Below, piece after piece: positions 52,121 to 64,000 of a stretch of 64,000 bases of DNA. Origin of the DNA: Peribolospora baueri (lineage: Eukaryota); NCBI GenBank assembly GCA_029717555.1, contig JAMDHS010000041.1:124001-188000 (forward strand), given 5' to 3'. The notes beneath the pieces are model-generated. The model was not told the DNA's origin. It ran no database searches and saw only the letters and a program-made list of their open reading frames with translations. Positions within the stretch are counted from its first letter, which is position 1, and every line of letters starts with the position of its first letter. Made by a program: the position numbers and the translations under genes.

Positions 52121-53071
52121 ACTAAGTCTTGAGGAGATCTCTTGCCGACGCGTTTCTCGTCCTCGCCGGTCGATCCGTGGTGACACTTAGAACGCTTCGC
52201 CTTCTCTACTTTGCTTACACTACCTCTTTTCGCCTTGTCGACTGATCTCCTCTCTGTGCTTGTGCCCAACCAACTATCCGCGCCGTCTTCTCCTTCGACG
52301 GCGTGCACTTATCTCACTCTTCTTGTCCTATCTCTCGCTCTCTTATTCCACTTTTTTGTCTTCTCAATCACCCCGGATCGTCTGTCTGTATTGCCCTTTT
52401 CCTTGCCCTTCTTCTCAAGCCAGATCGTCCCTTTTCCTTTCCTTTCTCGACTCGTCCCATGTCCCAGTGCGACCTATCCTGTCCTACCGCCCTCGTCGTC
52501 CTTGGGCCACTCCCTCTCTTCTATGCTACGCTCCTCCCGTTCCGTTTCTTGACTTTTTTCTTCTTCGTTTCGTTTCGCGAGGCGGAGGACGCGTCTCGGT
52601 ACATTGCACATGTGATGTATGTCTTTTTCGAGGTCTGACCGACTTGTTGTGGATGAAATACCATTTCCGTGGGATGCTGGAAATGAATTGAGTGGATGTG
52701 TCTTTCCTTGTCCGACTTGTCCTTGTCGTCGTCCATCCTTCGGTCCTCTCTTCCGTCCTCGTCCCGCCCTCGCTTGCCACAAGGACGCGCGCGCGCGGAC
52801 GACGGGAGTGTTCGACGCTCGTAACAAATCAGTGTCGCGTGATTGAGCACGTGCTCAATCGAACTCGCAAGGGCCCGGGGGTGCGTCCTGACATCGTGGT
52901 TAACCCCTCGCCGTTCCTTCTCCAGCACAGACTCTATCCAGCCGACCTCGCCGCCGCCCACGTCTCAACGCAGGCTTCTCTTCTGTCGCTCCCTCCCCAC
53001 GGCGCCCGCGCAACGAGATCCACACCACTACACCCCACCCTGCCCTTTTTTTTTGTCCATTACCAAAAAGC

Positions 53072-54199
53072 ATGGCCACACCCACGGCAAACGGCCACGT
53101 CAACGTCGCCTCTCAAGGCCACTCCCACTCCCACTCCAACCACTCCACCATCGCCGTCCTCGGTCCGTCCAGCAATACCGTCCTGCCCGCGACGAGCGCG
53201 GCGGATAAGGCGGTTAGGTATCGTGGGGTGAGTCGACGGTCGGGTGGGAATGAATGCGAGCGTTTGGCTTGCTTGTTGGGGGATAAGTGGGAGTGGAAAG
53301 TGCTCTAGATTGGCTTGGACTGTCTGGATGGATGGACGGGGGCGGCTACGTGGATAACCTCAGTAGCTCCCGTCGGCTCACGTTTCTGAGCTTGATCGAT
53401 GGCCTTGGCAACCGGCAGTCCTGACTCGCCCTCTCTCTCTACTTTTTATCGCTTTGATTCACTTTTTTTTGTGCTCTCTTCTGCATGCACATAGGCCGTG
53501 GTAGAGGACTTGCAGCTGCCCCCGGCCGTGTGCCTGCCGACAGACGCGTCGGTCTCCGCCGCCCTAGAACGTGAGCGAGCGGCACTTCTTCTCGCTCCCT
53601 GACGTCTCTCCGGCTTTAGAGATGCTGACGAACGATTCGATCCCTTGCACGATGGACGATGGACGATGGGTGATGGACAATGGAACGTCCTTCCAGTCGC
53701 GTATGACCACGACTTCACCCAGCTACCACTCCTCTCCCCTAAGAGTCGCAAGCTGGTCGGCTACGCTGACATGCCAGCGCTCAAGGCACGCCTGGATGAA
53801 GGTACGCTCGACCTCGCCGATCAGGTGGGCAAGGCCATGATAAGGTTCAAGAGAGGCGGCGATAGGGAGTTTGTCGTCATCGAGCCCGGGACGGGCTTGG
53901 CTGAATTGGAAGGTGGGTATAGAGACAGGGCGAAAGGGACGACGTCTTCCCTTTGTTCCTTATCAAAACCCTCATCACTGACCGTACCCCGATTCCGGCC
54001 CGACCCGAACAAAATCGTTCTTTTAGATTTCCTCGTCCGACACCCCTTCGCCCTGATAACTTCCCCAACCTCCTCTCCCGACGGCACCCGATTCGTCCTG
54101 GCCGTCGCCACGCGCGATGACTTGGCCAAGTTTGTGGAGCGTCGATTCGGTACGAGTTCGACGGCGATGGCCGCGGCCGCGCCGGCGAACGGTATTTGA
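53072..54199 (+). CDS. Stand-alone CBS-domain-pair (Bateman module) protein, 4 exons
   Basis: 'YRGAVVEDLQLPPAVCLPTDASVSAALE.AYDHDFTQLPLL...KLVGY...VIEPGTGLAELEDFL...FALIT...FVLAVATRDDLAKFVERR'. Confidence 0.82.
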
Positions 54200-55282
54200 G
54201 CGGGAACGGGGAACAGGAACGGGAAAGGTGGTGGCGGCTGCAAACTCGGGTGGAGGTTTGGGAGTGGGCAAAAGAAAAGCGAGAAAGATGTGATGTGGTT
54301 TTTTATATCGCATCCCGCTTCGGTCCGAGTACGGACGCGACTATTCAATGCGACGCGCTTTTTCTCGGATGTGCGCGAGGCACACTGCTGGAAGAAGAGC
54401 GATGGTCGGATTATGGAGAGCCAGAGGGAAAGGAGAGGAGAATGGCAAGGCAGACCCGATAAGGAATCGGTCGATAGGTCTACACGTCTTCAGGCGGGCT
54501 TCCCGGTAGCCACCAAAGTTACTTGGGGGTTCGTCGTAAGCCTTGGATCTTGGGCCGAGGCACACTGCTGCGTCTCCGTCATCAGGGACCATTGGCCTCA
54601 TTGGCAGGCAACACACTAACTCTGAGCGGCCAAAGTGCTCCGGCCCGGACGCCCATGACGCCGAGTCCAAGATGAGCGAGGTTGCACCCAGGGGCCCAAG
54701 TCGGCCCTACTGGACATGTTAGCCTGGAGACGCAGCCGTAGACGGACGGAGAGAATGGGTAAGAATGAAGATGACAGTGGTGCTGGCTCGTGATTGGTCG
54801 TTTGCCCGCAGGGGGGGACGTAAGACGGATGGTAGCAGTTCCTTCCCCATTACCATGAGACCTCTGTTATTGTCTTTGTTTTCTTCTGCCTCTTGCGTTC
54901 AGGTCGACGTCGAGATTGGGTCGGTAGGACTCTCGCAGTGACTGTCAATGGCACCCCATCTGCGAGACATAGAAGCTGCTCGTGATCAGCGATTCAAAAA
55001 GCTCTATTATTTCATTTACATTCGTCTCCGAACACTCTATTGGTCGACTGCGGCCAGCTCGGTGTCACTCGCTGCCACAGCCACCGGATGCCGACTGACA
55101 ACGACTCGTCGCTCCCGCTCGGTCGTCCGTTCTTCACTCTCCAGTCCGGAGACGATACCTCGTCTTTCTTGACGACGTACGCACGCAGGACGACAATCGC
55201 CATCTTTCCCTTCGTTACAGCAGCCTGCCGCTACGGCGGCGAAGGCGGCAACGACGACGACGAAGCTTAGGAGGCGTAAAGC

Positions 55283-58200
55283 ATGTCCCACCCGCCCCCT
55301 TTGCCTCCCAAGGATGCAGTGACAGGAGGGTCAGTATCAGCAAAAGAAACAAGCGAGGAAGGGGGGATTGAAGGATCACACGATGCGGGAGATGAGCGAA
55401 CGAGAGCGCCCGCCATCGGCGTGAGCGCCGGCAGCCGCACTCCCACCTCCCTCGACGTGCCTCCTTCCATCGAGATCCCCCAGGCGTCCTTATCCCCCTT
55501 GTCCATCTTTCCCTTGCCCACCCTGTCACCTGGCGAACCGCGCACCGACCTGCGGTACCTAGCGGATATGTCTCAGTATCGTTCCAGTGCTTCGACGACC
55601 CGTCCCACCCCTTTCCCTCCCTCTCAGACGCAGGCTATGGCGGCGGGTAGGTCCCCAATGCCACCGCCGCCCCCACCCGGTGCTCCTTTACCTCTCCCTC
55701 TCCCTCCACGGCCTCCGATGGCGGAGCTTCAGGGAAGCATGGCCGCAATGGCGGTCCAGTCGCCGAGCGATGGCCTCGCTAGCGACGCGCTGTCGCCTTC
55801 CGCCGACCACCTCCAAGCCGGTGCGGCAACCGTATCAGTGGCCGACGCAGCGCCGTCGGACAACAAGGGATCGTCGCCGCCACCACCTGCATATGGATCC
55901 CACGCCTTCCCCGAAAATCCACCTCCCTTTCAACCGGGGCGCTTCCCCCGCTGGCGAGGATGGCTTGAGAAGCGCGCTCTGGATCGAAGGTTGGGAGCCG
56001 AGCAGGACGCACAGGAGGGCTCCGGGCCGAAGCGAAAGCTCAGCTGGGGTCCCACTGTTGAACGCGGCATCAGCTTTAAGGGTCCCTCTCATCAAGGCCG
56101 TCCGGGGGGCTCTTCTTGCGATCAAGCACGACCGCGCTCCCCACTTCACGTCACCTCCTTCGGCAGCCGGTTCATCCCTCAGCTCTCCTCGGCCCCTCTC
56201 TGCGCCGTGCCTCTCAGCGTGCCGCGCGGACATGGCACGGGGAGCAGCTATGAGGCGCTGCATGGCGGGAGAGAGAGGAAGGTGCTCGTCGTGGGCACCG
56301 TGGAAGGGCTTTGGGCGGTCGAGTTTCGAGACGAGACGAGAGGGAGTGAGGAGATGATGATGGGTCGGGAAAGAAATCAGGAAAAGGGGTGGAACGGGCC
56401 TGTGCGATGCGTTCAGGTGGGTAACAGCGGCCTACGGGGCTATCCTTCTGTTTTAGCGCCTGCGCGGGCGAAGCAGTCTTTCTTACTCCCACCTTATCTC
56501 TTCTCGACCGCACTTGCCCAGGTCTGGTCTGGCCAAGGCGTCCATCAGCTCTCCGTGCTCCATTCTGCTGCACCGCCGAAGCCGGCGACCGCTTCACACC
56601 CTTTCGCCCTGGGAGAACCAGCCCCGTCGTCTCCCTCGCCAGCTTCCTCTATCCTGATCGCCCTTACCGTCCCTGTGCCTTCCGCCTCCCGCCTCACGAG
56701 TACCCTCAGCTCCTTCTCCTCCTCTCTTGCTGCTCAATTTTCCGAGGTATTCAAGCCCAAAGAGGAACGAGGGGGGGAGGCGCACGCTGGGTCTGGCAAT
56801 GCCGGTCATGGAGATTGGGGTAAAAACGGACCCTCCACGCCTCAGCGGACGAGTCAGGCGGCCATCCAGGCTTCCGGTGGAGGCACAGTTAGGATGTGGA
56901 ACTTGGAGGCGATTAGGAGGGTAGTAGCATACGCTCTCGATGAAGAGGTGAGCGGGAACAACGTAACAGCACTTGAAATCCGTCACGACCTTGCTTCCTC
57001 CACTTATGGCCCTTCGCTTCTCCCAGTCTCCTCGCCCCTTGGACCTCTCGGCCCGCTCGGAGGCGCAAGCCGCGTCAGACGACCGCAAGGGCAAATCGCT
57101 CGCTTCGGCCTTCCGCAAAGCTTGGTCGCAGATCGGCGAAGGTCCGTACGGTCGTATGGACCGCGACGACAAGGCCGCAAAGGTTGCCGCCGCTCGCTCT
57201 CAAAGCCCCAAGGGAGGTGCGTCAGCTCGAGCGGAGAGGGCCAAGGCCTCGGAGTTTTTTGTGGAACCCTTGCCTCCAGGAGCAGGGGCCGCACAGAGCA
57301 AGCTCGCACAGCGCGCCCTCGAAGGTCACGCGACGGAGGGTGATGATGACTGGCTCATCTGGGGTGGTACCGGGGGCACCGCTGCGTCTTCGCCGGTTTC
57401 GCCGGTAATGATGCCCCAAGATCGCAAGCGCATCTCCCTCGACGGCCTCACGCCGCCGCTTACCCCTCCGTTGCTCAGTCCAGGTGTACCGGGAAGGAAA
57501 AGGGTTAGTGGCTTCTTAGGCTCTTCCTCCCCTGAGCCGGAACCGAATCCGAGGGAGAGGGCGTACGCGAGAGCCCTGCGCCTTGCGCTCTCCAGTGTCC
57601 CCATCAGCAGTTCCGGCTCCAACCAGGGTAGCAGCTCGAGCTTGGAGTACGGTCCACACCTCGTCCAAGTCTCCACGCGATCCACACACCGTTCCACCAA
57701 TCCCATGGTCGATCCTCTCGCGCGCCAATCCGAACTCGAAGCCGCAGGCTTCGCTAGCCGTCCCACCCCGACCGTGGACTCTGGACCGGGGCAGAAAGGC
57801 AAGGGCAAGGAGGATTTCGGCACTTCGGATGGAGAAGTCGCACCACAGGGCGTGAAGTGGGGAAAGCCTGTGCTCTTTTTCTCGGTACATCAGGAAAAGG
57901 GAGCGTGGTATCTTGCTCTGGCGACCAGCAAGACGGTGCTGCTATACGAAGCTGTCGAGCCGAAAGGCGAGGACAAAAGGGCATGGAGCTTTGTCAAGGT
58001 GGGCGAGCGGTTCCTTTTCGTCACTGGCTCGGTTGGCTGTCCCTTCGTGTTCAGATGACGCTTACCGTGTGTCGCCGGTTTGATCTTTTACGTTTCAGGA
58101 GCTCTATGCGCCTTTCCCTCCACGAACGATCTCCTTCCTCACAACGCAGACCACCGACCTAGGTCGCTCAGCTTCCACCGCCGGGCCACGAGGAGCCCAG

Positions 58201-59637
58201 GCCGCGTCCTCGCGACACAGTCGCACTGCGTCGACACCGGCCATGACCAACATTGGCTCAAGCTCGGCTTTGTACGGCCCCGGGGCTCTCCGACCTGGAG
58301 GGAGCATGCCACGGCGAGAAGACTTGAGCATCCTCGTCACCTTTGGCAAGAGCGCTGTTCTCATCCGTCTCGCTGACTCGCAGGTGCGAGAGGTGGATCT
58401 GGCATCTACGAGCAGGCCTGGTAGCGTCATTTCATTCGATGGTGACGCCGGCTCGTCCGTCGCGTCTGGGTCGAGGACCAGAAGGCTCAGTGGCGGCGCG
58501 GCGAGCGTCGCTTCGAGTCACGCTGTTAATAAGGAGCACTGGCTTGCCGCTGAGATCGTGGAGGCCAAGCTTCGACCGGCGCCGCGGCGTCGCACTGGCG
58601 TGCAGCTCAGGGACGAAGTATTGCCACCAACTGGTCGGCGTGACCAGGTCAGTCAACCGTCGGGGGCGAGGTCTGGACAACAGGAGGTGGATCCTCGTTT
58701 TCCACCTGGCGAGGCTCCACGTCGTGATGATGGTCATGCTTTTGATGGGCAGGCGGGTGACGGTGGTGGTGCGGAAGATGGCTCAGACGGATGGACGTCC
58801 TCCGATGATGACAACGACGATGACGATGATGAAAACGGCGACGCAGCACGCGGATTTGATTCTTTCGCGGGCGGACGACGGTCACACCGATCCAGCCTGG
58901 GTGGGAAAGACAAGAGCATCAAGATGAGCGTATGTCTCCTTACCAAGGGCCACCAGACCCAGGTGTTTCCTCTCCCTCTCGCGCCGGACATTTCCGAGAG
59001 CCGGCCGCTCAAGGTCGTTCGCTGGCAAGAGCCACCGACGAGATTGACTGCGTTCGCACGAATCGTGGACGTGCAGAGGCGCAGCGGGGCTGCGGCGTCG
59101 CGTGAGGCCGGTGGCGTAGGTGGAGGAGGTGGAACCGGGACTGGCTCGACGTCGGAAAATCATCAGGAGCGAAAGCAACGAGCGAGGACGTCGGGCAGTC
59201 ACACGTCTTCATCCTCCTTGGCAGCTACGTTAACGGTGCTCCTAACTGTGGTCGCCTTCCTCCCCTCCCGTGTGGAGTTGCGTCGCACGATGATCAACGT
59301 AGAGGCACAGCTCCCTCCTCGACTCGCCTTTTCTCCCGGCTCCGGCACCTCTGCCGCTCTCAAGGAATTGCTCTCGTCTTCCGCACCCGTCGCTCCGGGC
59401 CTGCTAGCCCAGCCTGAGCTCTCGCTGAATGTGGAGACCGAGTTTGAGACGGGTATGCTCGTCACTGACGCAGAGCCGGAAAGCATGGCACCGAATTTGG
59501 GACGAGCAGTGGCTATGGGCATGGGCCCGTCGTGGGAGCGCAGCTCGCCAAATTCGAGTCTGAGGACGGGCGCCTGGGCTTGGGAGATGAAAGGCTGGGA
59601 GGACTGGAGGGTGTTGTGGATCGACGCGCAGAGTTGA
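55283..59637 (+). CDS. Large protein with a Pro-rich N-terminus and a fragmented CNH-like beta-propeller interrupted by long low-complexity insertions
   Basis: ORFs 55283-, 56973- and 58243-59637 appear linked by introns. Strand-like motifs 'VLVVGTVEGLWAVE', 'VWSGQGVHQLSVL', 'TVRMWNLEAIRR', 'YLALATSKTVLLYE', 'WSFVKELYAPFPPRTISF' and 'LLTKGHQTQVFPLPL...VVRWQEPP'. Confidence 0.55.
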
Positions 59638-60074
59638 TGGGGTGGTCCGACGTTGGCCGGTGATATGAGCTCTCCATGAGAGCTGTTCGTTTTCCTCCTT
59701 GACATTATGTTCGCTTTTGGGACTTTCGTCTTTCTTGCTTTCATTATCTCCTCTTTCTTTTCTTTTCCTTTTTTGTCGACGGACTTACTTTCGCGCATGA
59801 GTTTTCCTTCTAGTCTCGCCCCATCCCACCTTTCCTTGAGCTTGCAAGCGTCCTGACACTTTTTTCGCATGTCCTCTTCCTTCATCATCGCTGTTGTGAC
59901 ATCTCTTTTGGATTATACCGTACCAACCCATCGCCTTCACTCGCACGGACCACGAGCTCGCCGCAGCTTGGGCCGGACGGAGCCCCACAATGAATTGACC
60001 ACTCGAATTGAATTAAGCGAACAGCAACCACTACCTCGACCGCGAGACCATTCCACCCGTTCACCCTGCTCGCA

Positions 60075-61929
60075 ATGCCCTCCCCGCCCGCCCTGCCTCG
60101 CGTAGGCGCCCACCTCCTTCTCTCCTTCCCAGCGCCTCAGGTGCTCCTCATCAAGCTGAACCGGCCCCAAGCCCTGAACGCCATGACGGACGCGTTGCAG
60201 GACGATATCAGGCGGACAATCGTTTGGGCTGAGCAGGAGCCGGAAGTCCGCGTTATGGTCCTCACCGGAGAGGGAAAGGCTTTGTGGGTTGCCACGGACG
60301 ACCTTGTCCTCGAGTGGCATTTGAAGCTGCCCGATTGTCTCTTTTGGTGTCAAGCTGGTGCGGACACGCTGACGGGAAGTTTCACTTTCCTTTCGTACGT
60401 ACCTCTTGTTTGCTGTGTCAGCTGCGCTGGGCAAGATCTCAAAGAGTAAGCTGAGTTCTCAGTATTACCACCAGGGTGTCGCGAGCACGAGCACGCGCCG
60501 GCCATTAGACGGAGGCTTGGCCAACCTCGTGCGTGCTCTGACTCACCAACTCCTTGTCGTCTGATCACCACTCGTCTTCTAGTTGGCTAGGCAGGTACAC
60601 ATCCAACCCAACTGCCTCTGCACAGATTGCTCGATCGTCCGATTCGATCAAGAAGGGCGGCTTTGGGAGTGTGAGTGCGAGGAGGATGAGCAAGCCCATG
60701 ATCGCTGCCGTTGATGGTATCGCTATGGGAGGCGGGATGGAAATGGTGGTGAGTGATGCGAAAACTAATGAAACAGCATCTGTCGGTGTTGATCATTGTC
60801 TCTCTGCTTGACGCTTCCTTTCAACCCTTTTCAGGTCAATTGCGACCTTGTCATTGCCTCGTCCAGGTCTCGATTTGCTTTGCCTGAGGTGAGCAGATTC
60901 CTTCCCTTTCTTGTGGTACTGTGACACAGCGCTGGATGCCCATAGACTACTCGTCAATGCTAAGGCGCCATGGCAAGGAGACAAAGAACGACAGGCCCAA
61001 AGTCAACGTATACGTCATCAGCGGCGGAGAGCTCATAGAAGTTTGTACCACGCTCGACTACTTCAAAGCGATGAAGCAGACCACAGAGTTCTATGTCTGA
61101 CCCTTAGGCGAAGGTCGCGTGAAACTTTGTGCTCTGCTTCACGACTCTGAAGTAGACAAATTTGCTGCTACCTACGTCCACGGACTCTCGGTAGCTCCAT
61201 TGCTGATTACGTAGACGATGACCTTGGGGGCCTGTCGTTCTCTGCCTCCTTACCTGATACTGTGTGTAACGTCTTGCTCACTCGTTCTTACTATGCCTCA
61301 TAGGTCTGCCGCGGCGTCATAGCGGCACAAGGGGCCATCCCTCGCCTTTCCCTGATCGCCGGACATCAGCGCGCAGCAGAACTGCTCTTGACTGGACGAG
61401 CGGTGAGCGCACAAGAGGCGCACGACAGGTTTCGGTTTGTGAACCAGGTCGTCTCCGTCGCCACCGGCGAGCGGGATGGTCATGAAAAGGTCGTCCGAGA
61501 AGCCTTGCGGTGGGCGGAGATGATCGGGAAGAACAGTCCTGATGCTGTTCAAACAACGGTGAGTAAGGGGGTGACAAACAGTCAACTTGATCGTACCTAT
61601 TACCTTGCCTTATTTTTGCCGTCGAATATGTCCGTTTGTTTCCCCACGTTGCAGAAAACTGCGCTTCTTCTCTCCCTCGAGGAGAATGTCCATGATGCGA
61701 CGATGGAGTGTTTGGAGTCGGAGGCCGCCCAGAAGCTATACGGAGGCGAAAACATGATGGAGGGGCTTAGGGCGTTCAAAGAGGTTGGTGCTTTCTCTTT
61801 ACGCTGTCTTTTAGACGTCTCCTCCGAGGCACGCTTCGGAGTTGCGCTTACGGACTTCCTTCGTCTGTTGCATGGTGTGTCGAGCAGAAGCGCGAGCCAC
61901 GCTGGACAAAACCATTCTCCAAGCTCTAG
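60075..61929 (+). CDS. Enoyl-CoA hydratase/isomerase (crotonase family) with PTS1 (-SKL); likely peroxisomal
   Basis: 'LNRPQALNA', 'LTGEGKAFCAGQDLKE', 'KPMIAAVDGIAMGGGMEM', 'FALPEV' and 'ELLLTGR'. The last exon gives KREPRWTKPFSKL* (TAG 61927-61929). Confidence 0.9.
60972..61254. other. Long imperfect inverted repeat (fold-back hairpin) inside intron 60889-61303
   Basis: AGAACGACAGGCCC pairs perfectly with GGGCCTGTCGTTCT. CTACTTCAAAGCGATGAAGCAGACCACAGAGTT pairs imperfectly with AACTTTGTGCTCTGCTTCACGACTCTGAAGTAG. Apex GACCCTTAGGCGAAGGTC at 61099-61116. Confidence 0.85.
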
Positions 61930-62380
61930 ACACGCCCTCGTGAATGCTATCAGAACACTCTGCCCGTTTGAATTTCAAATTTATCCAGTTTAAAGTCTAC
62001 TTAGAGCGCTTCAGACGCGAGCATGTTGTGAGGGGTTGAAAACCGAGAAAGTCTTGTCAGCTCGTCGCACCATTCTCTCGAGTGAGTCCCCGAGCGACCT
62101 CGTTTCGGCCGAGGCCCCTTGCAATGGTGAAGAGTTCGGTTTGATCACAGGTCATTGTAACGTTGCGAAGAAGCAGAAAGGGCGGGGAAAAGATTCATCA
62201 TTGGTTGCTGTCGCTTCCTAGCGTCCGTTTTGCTTTTCACGGTGATGCGTCTTTTAATGACGCTGACTGCGGCGAGGCACCAACCATGAACGTGCGACGT
62301 GAATCTTTCCGATCAAACGTCCACCATTTCTTCTTCTCCCACCATCAGCCGCCACTGCTCTCAGCAAGCCCCTGAGCGAC

Positions 62381-64000
62381 ATGGAGGTGGGCGCAGCAAG
62401 ACGAATATCCTCATCATTTCAAATTGCAGCGCGCAGAGCGTCGCCCCGAAGAGCTCTCGGCCGACCACCGTCCTGTCATTCCCGTTCCACCTTCCTACCC
62501 TTGCCGCCTTCATATGCCGCCCCACTCTCCACGTCTCGCTCTCGGCCAAGATCCTCTCAATCAGAGACGCGGTTGAAATGGTATCCCATTCCTCTTGGCT
62601 TGGGTATGGCCTTGTTGGTGATCACCCACGCGCGACACAAATGGAACAAGGAAAAAATAGTTGACGAGCGCGGAGAGGTCATCCGGCCAACCGGGCCGTG
62701 GTCCGTGAGTGCTGTGCTGCGCTTAGTTCATAGCTTCATATCATGTGGCAAATGATCTAAAGATTTCCTTCTCTACCCTCCGACGATTCTCCCTCTTGCG
62801 ATCAGGTTTATGTCATCGGCGCCCTTCCCCTCAACACCCTCTCCCGTGTCTGGGGATACCTGAACTCACTCACCCTCCCTATCTGGTTCAGGCCCTTTGG
62901 TTTCAAGCTTTACTCATGGGTCTTTGGCGTCAATTTGGATGAAATTGAGAACGATGATTTGACGAGCTACGATAGTTTGGGCACCTTCTTTTATCGCCGA
63001 CTCAAGCCTGGCGCGAGGCCGATCGACAAGGAAGCTGCACTGGTGAGTCGGCGACTTCCGGAGGCTTCAGCGGTCGTCTTGATCTGTCTCGTTAATTTTT
63101 CTTTCCGAACTCCCTCCAGGTGTCGCCTGCGGACGGAACGGTGCTTCACTTTGGAAGTATAGAAGGAAGAAGGATTGAGCAGGTAAAGGGTGTGGCCTAT
63201 TCCTTGGACGCATTCCTGGGCCTCGGATCCTCGCCGCCCGCCGAGAGAGGGGGCGGTGCCCGCATAGTGCAGTTCGACAACCGCGACCACGAACTCGTGG
63301 ATGATGAGCGTTTCGCTTCCGTCAATGGCATCGAATACTCGCTCGATCAGCTATTGGGCGACGAGCGGCGACTGGGTCAGCAGGACTCGCTCGCCAAGGG
63401 TTGGGCCAAGCTCAGTAGTTGGAGATGGTGGAGGAGTTGGATGTGGCGCGACGCGGGACAAAAGTTGGAGGACGCGGCGACGACAGACGCGGACACGCTC
63501 GCCGTCACACGGCCTGAGAAGCTCGGCCCACCGGAGAGGGCGGCCGAAGAGGTGGATGCCAGCGTGGAGAGCCCAGACTCGGCGGAGAAGCTGGGCAGGT
63601 ACGCCAGCGTGGCGTACGAGATGGGCACCGCCGCTTTGCCGCCTGTTTTACAGCCTCGCAGCCCCGGCAAGGAGGCGGTTCAGCCAGGGCACAAGCTGTT
63701 CTACACCGTCATCTATCTCGCGCCGGGTGATTACCATCGATTCCATAGCCCCACGAACTGGGTCGTGGAGCGAAGACGGCACTTTCCAGGGGATCTCTAC
63801 TCGGTCTCGCCCTGGATGGCTTCTCGACTCTCCAATTTGTTTGTCCTGAACGAGCGAGTTGCGCTGATCGGGAGGTGGAGATACGGCTTTTTCAGCATGA
63901 TCCCCGTCGGCGCTACCAACGTCGGTAGCATCAAGATCCACTTCGACAAGGTGGGTCGTCTTTCTTCCTCCAAGCTGGTGTTGTTGACGGTCGTCTGTAT
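62381..64000 (+). CDS. PSD1: Mitochondrial phosphatidylserine decarboxylase proenzyme PSD1; 3' end lies outside the window
   Basis: Arg/Ser-rich presequence and TM, then '[11 protein letters not shown]', '[13 protein letters not shown]', '[12 protein letters not shown]', 'EQVKG', '[14 protein letters not shown]', 'LFVLNERV' and 'VGATNVGSI'. Confidence 0.95.

Noticed and set aside
63230..63690. Long insertion with a second 'YSLDQLLG' in PSD1 as an intein or novel domain
   Set aside because: There are no intein motifs, and such insertions are, to my recollection, common in fungal Psd1.

Overview
Intron-rich, GC-rich fungal genomic DNA. The gene content and GTRAGY/CTRAY/YAG splice signals point to a basidiomycete, probably a smut- or yeast-like lineage. 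About 21 protein-coding loci were reconstructed by hand across introns: TAO3/MOR2 (3' end), MLH1, ALG12, a Cys/Met PLP enzyme, SSP120, an RBM18-like RRM protein, a small Trp-rich membrane ORF, RRN6-like, a putative sugar/polyol cluster (Zn2Cys6 TF, SDR, YFH7-like kinase, Gfo/Idh/MocA oxidoreductase, LAC12/CDT-like transporter), TVP38, a dienelactone hydrolase, a very large PH-like protein, a Gdown1/POLR2M-like gene, a MIF/tautomerase, IML2/TTC39, a stand-alone CBS-pair protein, a CNH-like protein, a peroxisomal enoyl-CoA hydratase and PSD1 (5' part). Four observations stand out. (1) A 402-aa, three-exon gene at 43229-44604 carries both conserved motifs of Gdown1/POLR2M, an RNA polymerase II subunit usually described as metazoan. 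(2) A five-gene sugar catabolism cluster appears to be decaying: the TF and SDR are joined out of frame at an apparent deletion, and the transporter is frameshifted. (3) A ~280-nt fold-back hairpin fills most of one unusually long intron of the hydratase. (4) IML2 appears to have alternative first exons. All homology calls come from motif recognition and recalled family sequences; no database searches were run.
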